Under the pieces are notes generated by a model. The model was not told the origin of the DNA. It saw only the letters and a program-made list of their open reading frames with translations, and searched no databases. Shown in pieces: positions 23,946-32,000 of a DNA stretch of 32,000 nucleotides. The stretch comes from Megasphaera elsdenii DSM 20460. Lineage in GTDB: Bacteria; Bacillota; Negativicutes; Veillonellales; Megasphaeraceae. Both the position numbers and the translations under genes were made by a program. How positions within the stretch are numbered: the first letter of the stretch is position 1; the number at the start of each line of letters is the position of its first letter. The DNA lies in contig NZ_CP027570.1 in NCBI RefSeq assembly GCF_003010495.1, positions 600,001 to 632,000 on the forward strand. Direction: 5' to 3'.

Positions 23946-23961
23946 TGAAATCAAAGACGGT

Positions 23962-25623
23962 TTATTTCATGACAGCGCCAGTGTTGGCAGACGTGACGAG
24001 TTTGGCGTAGCGGGACAGATAGCCTGTCTTGACTTTCGGTTCCGGCTGTTTCCATTCAGCCTTGCGTTTTGCCAATTCTTCGTCGCTGACTTCCAATTCC
24101 AGCTTACGATTGGGGATATCGATGGAGATAGTATCCCCGTCGTGTACCAGGGCCAGCGGACCGCCTTCCATGGCTTCCGGCGAGATATGGCCGATGCAGG
24201 CGCCACGGCTGGCACCGCTGAAGCGGCCGTCTGTCAGGAGAGCGACTTTCAAGCCCATACCGGTGATGACAGCTGTCGGGTTTAGCATTTCGCGCATGCC
24301 CGGACCGCCTTTCGGGCCTTCGTAGCGGATGACGACGACGTGGCCTTCTTTGATTTCACCGCCGATGATAGCGGCAATAGCAGCTTCTTCCGAATCATAG
24401 CATTTAGCCGTGCCCTTGTAGACCAAAAGGTCCGGTTCGACGGCACTTTCTTTGATGACCGAACCGAGGGGAGCCAGGTTGCCTTTGAGGACGGCAATGC
24501 CACCTTTATGCATATAAGCATCTTCGACGGAATGAATGACTTCGTGGTTGAGGATCTTCGCGTCTTTGATGCGGTCGCCGACCGTACCGGTAATGGTCTG
24601 GGCATCGGTATGGATGAGGCCTAATTTAGAGACTTCTTTCATGACGGCGCAGATGCCGCCGGCTTCATCGAGGTCCTGCATATGGTAGGTGCCGCCAGGG
24701 CTCATCTTGCAGATATAGGCGGCCTTACGGCTGATTTCGTCAAATTCGTCGAGCGAGAGGTCGACGCCGGCTTCATGGGCAATAGCCGGTAAATGAAGGG
24801 CCGTATTGGTCGAACCACCGATAGCCATGTCAACGGCAATGGCATTTTCAAAAGCTTCGAGAGTCATGATGTCGCGCGGTTTGATATCCTTGCGGACCAA
24901 ATCCATGACGACCTGGCCGGCTTTCTTAGCCAGCATGCGGCGCAAGCCCGTGTAGGCAGCCGGAATGGTGCCGTTGCCGGGAAGGCCCATGCCGAGGACT
25001 TCGGTCATACAGTTCATGGTGTTGGCCGTGAACAGACCGGAGCAGGAACCGCAGCCCGGGCAGGCCTGAAATTCCATCTGGTGCATTTCTTCCGGCGTCA
25101 TCTGGCCCGATTCCACTTTACCAGCGGCTTCGAACATGGTGCTGACGCTGATGTTCTTGCCGTTGTGGCGGCCGGCGAGCATAGGACCGCCACTGACGAC
25201 GACGGTCGGGATATTGAGACGGCCGGCAGCCATGAGCATGGCCGGTACGATTTTATCGCAGTTCGGGATGAGGACCAGGCCGTCGAAAGCATGAGCTGTG
25301 GCAACGGCTTCGATGGAGTCGCAGATCAGTTCGCGGCTCGAAAGGGAGAAGCTCATGCCGCGATGCCCCATGGCGATGCCGTCGCAGACGCCGATGGACG
25401 GAAATTCAATCGGTGTACCGCCGGCAGCGGCTACGCCGAGTTTGACAGCTTCGGCAATATCGCGTAAATGGATATGGCCGGGAATGATTTCATTGAAGGC
25501 ATTGCAGATGCCGATCAACGGCTTCTGTAAATCTTCGTCACTATAGCCCATAGCGTGGAACAAAGTACGATGGGCGGTTCGGGTAACGCCCTTTTTAACA
25601 ACATCACTGCGCATGGTATTCAT
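23962..25623 (-). CDS. ilvD: Dihydroxy-acid dehydratase
   Basis: 553 aa: [27 protein letters not shown]...CDKIVPAML...[17 protein letters not shown]... Full-length IlvD/Edd family protein with Fe-S cluster cysteines. Confidence 0.95.
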   Translation of the reverse strand: MNTMRSDVVKKGVTRTAHRTLFHAMGYSDEDLQKPLIGICNAFNEIIPGHIHLRDIAEAVKLGVAAAGGTPIEFPSIGVCDGIAMGHRGMSFSLSSRELICDSIEAVATAHAFDGLVLIPNCDKIVPAMLMAAGRLNIPTVVVSGGPMLAGRHNGKNISVSTMFEAAGKVESGQMTPEEMHQMEFQACPGCGSCSGLFTANTMNCMTEVLGMGLPGNGTIPAAYTGLRRMLAKKAGQVVMDLVRKDIKPRDIMTLEAFENAIAVDMAIGGSTNTALHLPAIAHEAGVDLSLDEFDEISRKAAYICKMSPGGTYHMQDLDEAGGICAVMKEVSKLGLIHTDAQTITGTVGDRIKDAKILNHEVIHSVEDAYMHKGGIAVLKGNLAPLGSVIKESAVEPDLLVYKGTAKCYDSEEAAIAAIIGGEIKEGHVVVIRYEGPKGGPGMREMLNPTAVITGMGLKVALLTDGRFSGASRGACIGHISPEAMEGGPLALVHDGDTISIDIPNRKLELEVSDEELAKRKAEWKQPEPKVKTGYLSRYAKLVTSANTGAVMK

Positions 25624-25631
25624 CCTTTCTC

Positions 25632-26135
25632 TTACATATCTTTAACAGCTTCTTCGCCGCGAGACAGGGAAATCTGGCCGGTCCGGGCAATTTCAATAAT
25701 ATCATAATCTTTCAGCATTTCCAGAAGGGCCTCGATATGGTCTTCCCGGCCCGTCAGGCGCAGGACCAGGGAACGGCGCTGGACGTCGACAATCTTGGCG
25801 TTGAACAGCTGAGCGATATTTGTCAATTCTTCGCGGGTCTGGGGCGTCGGGCTCTTGACTTTGATCATGGCCAGTTCGTAGCTGACGAAAGGCGCGTCGT
25901 CGAGATTGACGACTTTGATGACGTCGATGAGCTTGGCCAGCTGGTTGACAGCCTGGTCGAGTTCCCAGCGGTTTTCGACGGAAACGACGATATTGATCCG
26001 CGTGACGTCGGCTTCTTCAGTATAGCCGGCGTTGATACATTCAATATTGATGGCTCTGCGGCTGATCAGGCCGGATACGTGGGTCAGTACGCCCGGTTTG
26101 TTGTCGCAGAGAATGGCGATATGTTGTCTCATCAT
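25632..26135 (-). CDS. ilvN: Acetolactate synthase small (regulatory) subunit
   Basis: 167 aa. ACT domain [34 protein letters not shown]... The start overlaps the ilvB stop (ATGA). Confidence 0.9.
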   Translation of the reverse strand: MMRQHIAILCDNKPGVLTHVSGLISRRAINIECINAGYTEEADVTRINIVVSVENRWELDQAVNQLAKLIDVIKVVNLDDAPFVSYELAMIKVKSPTPQTREELTNIAQLFNAKIVDVQRRSLVLRLTGREDHIEALLEMLKDYDIIEIARTGQISLSRGEEAVKDM

Positions 26136-27829
26136 TTCCCTTCACCTCCCAACACCATCTGGTCCAGGCGCTTACCGCCGGGAACCATGGGATAGACATT
26201 TTCATCGGCCGGAATGAAGACATCGAGCAGTGCCGGACCTTCTGTCTGGAACAAGTTTTCTACGGCTTTGGCCAGGTCTTCCGGCTTATGGACGGCTGTC
26301 CCGGGGACCCCCATGGATGCCGATACGGCCGTCAAATCGGGATTATCGTTGATGACGGATTCGGCACAGTGGCCGTTGTAGAACATGCGCTGCCACTGAT
26401 TGACCATGCCCAGGACATTGTTGTGGAGGACGATGGTCTTGACATCGACGCCATATTTATGGAGGGTTGCAAATTCCTGGCAGTTCATCATGATACTGCC
26501 ATCACCAGTGAATAAGACGACTTTCGACTTGGGACAGCCTAATTTAGCTCCCATAGCAGCCGGCAGGCCATAGCCCATGGTGCCTAAGCCGCCAGAGGTG
26601 ACGAAGCGGCGGGGCTTGTTCAGGTCAAAGAACTGAGCCGCCCACATCTGGTGCTGGCCGACGTCGGTGACGACAATCGTGTCATCATCAGTCCATTTCT
26701 GGACTTCTTCAAAGAGCTTCTGCGGCGAAACGGCATCGGCAAGGTCCCGCGTGGCGAAGGGATGAGCGGCCTTCATATCGAGGACGAAAATCCGCCATGC
26801 TTCGTAGCGGTCAGCCAGGTGCGTTTCATGGGCCGCCAGCTTTTCGTCGAGGAGCGGCAGGGACCAGCGGAGGTCACCGTTGACGCTGATGTCAGCGTGG
26901 ACAATCTTGTTGATTTCTACTTTATCGATATCGAAGTGAACGATCTGCGCGTTCGGTGCGAAATTTTCGACGTCGCCTGTGACACGGTCGTCGAAACGGG
27001 CGCCGATAGCGACTAAGAGGTCGCATTTGGTAACAGCCATGTTGGCCGCATAGGAGCCGTGCATGCCGACCATGCCCAAGTGGGCGTCATACGTGTCGGG
27101 GACGCAGCCCTTGCCCATGAGCGTCGTCACGACAGGGACATGCATTTGCTGGACAATGTGTTTCAACCGATCCGACATGTTGGAAAGGACGACGCCGCCA
27201 CCGGTAAGGATGACCGGGCGCTTGGCCTTTTCAATGGCTTCGACAGCGCGGTCGACATCGGCTTCACGGCCGACGTGACAACCTTGATAGCCGCGCAGAT
27301 GAACTTCTTCGGGATATTCAAATTCAAAAGGTGTATCGAATACATCCTTGGCAATATCGACAAGGACCGGCCCGGGCCGGCCTGTAGTTGCGATGTAAAA
27401 GGCTTCTTTCAAGACCCGGGGCAATTCCTTGACGTTCTTTACTAAATAGTTGTGTTTCGTAATCGGTGTGGTAATACCGGAAATATCAGCTTCCTGGAAG
27501 GAGTCGCGCCCGATGAGAGGCGTAGCCACCTGGCCGCTGATGACGACGAGAGGAATGGAATCCATGTTGGCCGTGGCAATGCCGGTAACCATGTTGCAGA
27601 CGCCAGGTCCGGACGTAGCAAAGCAGACACCGGGCTTACCCGTGGCACGGGCATAGCCGTCAGCGGCGTGGACAGCTCCCTGTTCGTGTCCTGTCAGGAT
27701 ATGGGGAAATTTGGCTTTATATAATTCATCATATAACGTCAGGACAGCCCCGCCGGGATAGCCGAAGACGACTTGTACCTGTTCACGTTTCAAGCATTCG
27801 ATCACTGCTTGTGCTCCGGTCATTTTCAT
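26132..27829 (-). CDS. ilvB: Acetolactate synthase large subunit (biosynthetic type)
   Basis: Track ORF 26132..27853. Start at ATG 27829-27827 (MKMTGAQAVIECLKREQVQVVFGYPGG...) 6 nt after GAGGTG. ThDP motif GGLGTMGYGLPAAMGA...GDGS..MN. Confidence 0.95.
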   Translation of the reverse strand: MKMTGAQAVIECLKREQVQVVFGYPGGAVLTLYDELYKAKFPHILTGHEQGAVHAADGYARATGKPGVCFATSGPGVCNMVTGIATANMDSIPLVVISGQVATPLIGRDSFQEADISGITTPITKHNYLVKNVKELPRVLKEAFYIATTGRPGPVLVDIAKDVFDTPFEFEYPEEVHLRGYQGCHVGREADVDRAVEAIEKAKRPVILTGGGVVLSNMSDRLKHIVQQMHVPVVTTLMGKGCVPDTYDAHLGMVGMHGSYAANMAVTKCDLLVAIGARFDDRVTGDVENFAPNAQIVHFDIDKVEINKIVHADISVNGDLRWSLPLLDEKLAAHETHLADRYEAWRIFVLDMKAAHPFATRDLADAVSPQKLFEEVQKWTDDDTIVVTDVGQHQMWAAQFFDLNKPRRFVTSGGLGTMGYGLPAAMGAKLGCPKSKVVLFTGDGSIMMNCQEFATLHKYGVDVKTIVLHNNVLGMVNQWQRMFYNGHCAESVINDNPDLTAVSASMGVPGTAVHKPEDLAKAVENLFQTEGPALLDVFIPADENVYPMVPGGKRLDQMVLGGEGK

Positions 27830-27900
27830 CTCATTCACCTCATCATAAAACATAACGCATACTTACAAAGAAGCTATTCTTCACTCAACCCGCTTCTTGG

Positions 27901-27961
27901 GTTTGATGTCTGATGTTTGATGTTAAAAGTTATCTCCAACTTCAAACACCAAACATCAAAC
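27901..27961 (-). repeat. 24-bp imperfect hairpin built from GTTTGAT heptads in the ilvC-ilvB spacer
   Basis: Arms at 27901-27924 and 27938-27961 with a 13-nt loop. As minus-strand RNA, 23 of 24 positions pair (2 are G-U). As plus-strand RNA the same two positions become C-A and A-C mismatches. Confidence 0.7.
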
Positions 27962-27974
27962 TTAAAACTATCTT

Positions 27975-29015
<1,041 letters not shown>

Positions 29016-29056
29016 TTATCTCGTTGGGATTTAGAGATTCGTCGAAAGAGGCCAAC

Positions 29057-29366
29057 AAAAAAAACTCCGCCCCTCACTGAGGGACGGAGTACTATTCCGC
29101 GATACCACCCTGATTCCCGGTGCATTGCTGCAACCAGGCTCTCTACAACGTACCAACATACGCGTTTCCTATAACGTGGAAAAATCGTCAGTGCTTAATC
29201 TTGCTTCAGCACTTCTCTTCGGGGATGATTTTCAATCGCCATTCATTACCGGCTCGCACCAGCCGCCGGTTCTCTGGGAATGTCCGGACGAACTACTCTT
29301 TCCCGTCATCAGATTTCACTATATGCTTTTGCGAGCCGTTATCGTTGCGGCCCGTTTGAAAAGCTT
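29057..29366 (-). promoter_or_regulatory. T-box leader of the ilv operon (probable Ile specifier AUC)
   Basis: Minus-strand elements: K-turn CUGAUGA; AGAGUAG; CCAGAGAACCGGCGGCUGGUGCGAGCCGG distal Stem I; GAAA-AUC-A at comp(29227-29229); T-box AAUCAGGGUGGUAUCGCGG (29115-29097); terminator ACUCCGUCCCUCAGUGAGGGGCGGAGU followed by U8 (29092-29057). Confidence 0.85.
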
Positions 29367-29372
29367 GAACAC

Positions 29373-29401
29373 ATTCTACAAAAACCTGCGCCGTTTGTCA
29401 A
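29373..29401 (-). promoter_or_regulatory. Promoter of the ilv T-box leader
   Basis: Minus strand reads TTGACA (29401-29396), 17-nt spacer, TAGAAT (29378-29373). Confidence 0.7.
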
Positions 29402-29459
29402 TGGCTTTGGGGAAATTTTCCGAAAAAAGTTTGGTTAAACGTTTTTCTACCTAAAATCA

Positions 29460-30695
29460 TTAAGCCCGACGATTGCCAAGATACCATTTCACAAACTGCT
29501 GGGCAATGCGGCCATTGCGGCCGGAGTGTTCCATTTCCCAGCGGACGCCTTCGACGCGCAGTTCTTCCGGATCCAAGGTAATCCCGACTTTTTTCAATTC
29601 ATGGGCGATGATCTGCAAGTATTCGTCCTGTGTCGGTGCCGAGTAATGGAGGATGAGGCCGAAGCGGTCCGACAGGGAAATGGATTCGTTCGTGCTGTCG
29701 TCGCGATAGACTTCATCCAGTTCATCATTGCGGTCACGCCACGTTTCCTTCAAGAGGTGGCGGCGGTTGGACGTCGCATAGATGAGGACGTTCTTCGGCT
29801 GCGGTGTGACGCCGCCGTCGATGGCCGATTTGAGATATTTATACTCTTTTTCATTTTCATCAAAGGACAGGTCGTCGAGGAAGAGGATGAACTTCTTGCT
29901 GCCGATGTCACCGAGCCGTTCCATGAGCTGCTGCAGGTTATGGAGCTGGCCGCGCTGGACCTGGATGAGGCGCAGTCCCTGTTCGTGATAGCGGCAGACC
30001 AGGGCCTTGACCGCCGTCGACTTGCCCGTCCCGCGGGAGCCCGTCAGGAGGACGTTATTGGCTGACCGGTTGGCCAAAAAGGCCGTCGTATTGGCCAGGA
30101 GCTTTTCCTTCTGGGCCGCATAGCCGATGAGGTCATCCCATTCGAGATGCGGGAAGTTTTCGATGCCGATGAGGTTGCCGTCGTCGCCGATACGGAAGGC
30201 CATGAACTGAGCCAGTTTGCCCCGACCATAGACTGCATAATGATGCAGTAAAGCCTTGGTCGCTTCTTCCGGTGTCGATGCCGTCATGAGAGCCGTTTCC
30301 AAAGTCTGGACATAGCCATAGACTTTGGGGACAGCCGGCTCATAGTTGTCGAGGAAATCGACATCGAGGAAATCCGAAGCGGACTGTTGCAGATACGGCC
30401 AGAGTAAGGTCATGTCCAGCAGCAGGGCCTTGGTCATGCCCGTGCCGGCCTTCCCCGACCGTTCGATGGCTTCGGCAGCGACGGTATTGCCTTCCCCCAA
30501 GAGGTAGAGGAAATACTGGCGCAGGATGTTGCCGCTGAGGCCCAGCTGTTCAGCCCGTTCCAAAAGGACAGCCGCTGCTTCATGCTTGCCAAAGGGATTA
30601 TCCCCCTGTTCCTGGACCGCCAGCAGTGCCTTGATGACGGAATCATTTAAAAAATTGCGGCACACGACGAGGCCGCGCAGACTCTTATTTTCCAT
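29460..30695 (-). CDS. DUF815-type AAA+ ATP-binding protein
   Basis: 411 aa. Walker A LLTGSRGTGKST and Walker B FILFLDDLSF. The C-terminal part is typical of the DUF815 family. GGGGAGG SD. Confidence 0.75.
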   Translation of the reverse strand: MENKSLRGLVVCRNFLNDSVIKALLAVQEQGDNPFGKHEAAAVLLERAEQLGLSGNILRQYFLYLLGEGNTVAAEAIERSGKAGTGMTKALLLDMTLLWPYLQQSASDFLDVDFLDNYEPAVPKVYGYVQTLETALMTASTPEEATKALLHHYAVYGRGKLAQFMAFRIGDDGNLIGIENFPHLEWDDLIGYAAQKEKLLANTTAFLANRSANNVLLTGSRGTGKSTAVKALVCRYHEQGLRLIQVQRGQLHNLQQLMERLGDIGSKKFILFLDDLSFDENEKEYKYLKSAIDGGVTPQPKNVLIYATSNRRHLLKETWRDRNDELDEVYRDDSTNESISLSDRFGLILHYSAPTQDEYLQIIAHELKKVGITLDPEELRVEGVRWEMEHSGRNGRIAQQFVKWYLGNRRA

Positions 30696-30732
30696 ATGAA
30701 AACCTCCCCATAACCCTTTACATATTGGGGCT

Positions 30733-30762
30733 ATTATACCGCCGCCAGGCCACGGTGGTCAA
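30733..30762 (-). promoter_or_regulatory. Promoter for the DUF815 gene
   Basis: Minus strand reads TTGACC (30762-30757), 18-nt spacer, TATAAT (30738-30733). Confidence 0.5.
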
Positions 30763-30803
30763 GGAAGTTTCGTCATATTTATACGGTAAAAGGTTTTACT
30801 CAA

Positions 30804-31640
30804 CTACTTTTCCGGACGCAGGGCGTCGGCCATCTTGCACATGCGGACGATGGGTTTGACATCGTGGACCCGGACAATGGTGCAGCCTGCCAAAACGCCG
30901 GCTACACAGGTCGTCTCAGTCCCTTCCATCCGTTCCGTCACCGGCAGGTCCAGGATCTTGCCGATGAAGCCTTTCCGGCTCGTTCCCAGGAGCATGGGAT
31001 AAGGCAGGGCCGTCAGTTCCTGCAAATGTTTCATAACGTAGACATTCTGGTCAAAATCCTTGCCAAAGCCGATGCCCGGGTCAGTGATGATCTGGTCCTG
31101 GCTCATGCCTGCCTGGTCAGCAATGATGGCCGAGCGGATGAAAAAGCGTTTCATATCTTCGATGATATCGTCGTATTCCGTACCCTCCTGGTTATGCATG
31201 ACGACGACAGGGACGCCGTATTTGGCGGCGACAGCAGCCATCTTCCCCGGTTCCGGCGCGTATTGGAGGCCCCAGATATCATTCATGATATGGGCGCCCG
31301 TACTCATGGCATATTCAGCCGTTTCCGCCTTGTACGTATCGACAGAAATGGGCACTGGGCAGGCTGCGACCAGGCGCGGCAAAATCGTTTCCAGCCGGGC
31401 GATTTCTTCAGCTGCCGAAATCGGCGTAAAGCCGGGACGTGCCGATTCAGCACCGATGTCGATGATATCGGCGCCGTCAGCTACCATCTCTTCCATATGC
31501 TTCAAGGCCACATCGACGTTATTCCATTTCCCGCCATCCGAAAAAGAATCGGGCGTATAATTGAGGACGCCCATGACCAGCGTCCGTTCCCCAACGGTCA
31601 GCGATTTTCCATCTTTCCAATGATAATGACGAACTTCCAT
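30804..31640 (-). CDS. folP: Dihydropteroate synthase
   Basis: Track ORF 30804..31682. Start at ATG 31640-31638 (MEVRHYHWKDGKSLTVGERTLVMGVLNYTPDSFSDGG...) 6 nt after GGGAGGA. Pterin-binding domain motifs DIGAESARPG and GTSRKGFIG. Confidence 0.9.
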   Translation of the reverse strand: MEVRHYHWKDGKSLTVGERTLVMGVLNYTPDSFSDGGKWNNVDVALKHMEEMVADGADIIDIGAESARPGFTPISAAEEIARLETILPRLVAACPVPISVDTYKAETAEYAMSTGAHIMNDIWGLQYAPEPGKMAAVAAKYGVPVVVMHNQEGTEYDDIIEDMKRFFIRSAIIADQAGMSQDQIITDPGIGFGKDFDQNVYVMKHLQELTALPYPMLLGTSRKGFIGKILDLPVTERMEGTETTCVAGVLAGCTIVRVHDVKPIVRMCKMADALRPEK

Positions 31641-31656
31641 GCTAATTCCTCCCAAC

Positions 31657-31735
31657 AAAAAAGAGATAACGAAGGCGCCCAAAAGGACGCACAGTCGTTA
31701 TCTCTAAAAACTCAAGTCCGTAACCTGTACGTTAC
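31657..31735 (-). promoter_or_regulatory. folP leader containing a strong intrinsic terminator (candidate attenuator or riboswitch)
   Basis: Minus strand reads AGAGAUAACGA (31672-31662) and UCGUUAUCUCU (31705-31695), a perfect 11-bp stem. It is extended by GCGUCC-uuuu-GGGCGC and followed by U6, ending 16 nt before the folP ATG and lying downstream of a consensus promoter. Confidence 0.5.
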
Positions 31736-31741
31736 CCGTCC

Positions 31742-31770
31742 ATTATAACAAAAGAAGCGTATCCTCACAA
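31742..31770 (-). promoter_or_regulatory. Promoter upstream of the folP leader
   Basis: Minus strand reads TTGTGA (31770-31765), 17-nt spacer, TATAAT (31747-31742). Confidence 0.55.
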
Positions 31771-31803
31771 GTAAACGGAAAATCCTACTACTATACTAGT
31801 TGA

Positions 31804-32000
31804 AATTATGGAATAGAACGCATTATCGGATATGCCCTTAGCAGTATCGGCCACGTTTTCAGTGCTTCTAACATCACAAAATACTTGAAGAGTGAACATC
31901 GAAAAGTTTCTAACGATACCGTAATAAAGACATAAAGGACAATTACCCCAAATACGTCGTTTCTATGGATGAACTCGACTTTAGTCACGATGGAATCCAA
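31804..32000 (+). pseudogene. Remnant of an AAA ATPase (DUF4143 / COG1373-type) gene, internally deleted and frameshifted
   Basis: Plus frame from 31810 reads GIERIIGYALSSIGHVFSASNITKYLKSEHRKVSNDTVIKT*, with the stop at 31933. A different frame from 31935 reads KDNYPKYVVSMDELDFSHDGIQ. These resemble the mid-region and extreme C-terminus (DNYPKY..(S/T)(M/L)DE) of this ATPase family, but roughly 100+ aa between them and the whole N-terminal ATPase domain are missing. Confidence 0.5.

Noticed and set aside
31806-32000. Minus-strand 64-aa ORF from the track.
   Set aside because: It has no family resemblance. The plus strand of the same DNA shows recognisable, though broken, DUF4143 ATPase segments.

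Overview
This 32-kb window looks chromosomal: I found no transposase, integrase, phage or CRISPR content. Expression signals are Firmicutes-style (AGGAGG-type SDs, TTGACA-17-TATAAT promoters, hairpin+U terminators, two T-box leaders). The ArnT-like envelope genes hint at a diderm Firmicute (Negativicutes-like), but that is inference only. GC-rich third codon positions create many long antisense shadow ORFs, which I reject. I call 25 CDSs plus one gene remnant.

Gene order, left to right:
- Minus strand: IclR regulator (partial), ADP-ribosylglycohydrolase, class-I aminotransferase, MgtC.
- Plus strand, envelope block: AT3-like membrane protein, DedA, two tandem ArnT/PMT-like GT-C glycosyltransferases, a UDG-superfamily protein.
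- Plus strand: stand-alone gltB (1520 aa), then an orphan highly structured GC-rich intergenic element of about 290 nt.
- Plus strand: YjbR/MmcQ-like protein, EamA transporter, radical-SAM protein (Cx4Cx2C) plus a secreted protein.
- Minus strand: GGDEF cyclase, a BASS-family transporter behind a T-box (probable Val), a UDG-family protein, a 2 x 139-bp tandem REP/BIME-like repeat, DUF554, a second BASS transporter.
- Minus strand: ilvD, ilvN, ilvB, ilvC (transcribed ilvC to ilvD) behind a T-box (probable Ile), a DUF815 ATPase, folP with a terminator-containing leader, and a DUF4143 ATPase remnant at the window edge.

Most interesting observations:
1. Two BASS (bile-acid:Na+ symporter family) paralogues are wired into branched-chain amino-acid control. 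One has its own T-box; the other sits at the tail of the ilv cluster.
2. An orphan structured RNA-like element lies downstream of gltB.
3. GTAG-headed REP/BIME-like hairpins are present.
4. Phased period-7 repeat arrays (including five TAG triplets at exact 7-nt spacing) abut terminators, and similar heptads form a 24-bp hairpin inside the ilv operon.
5. folP has a candidate attenuator or riboswitch leader.
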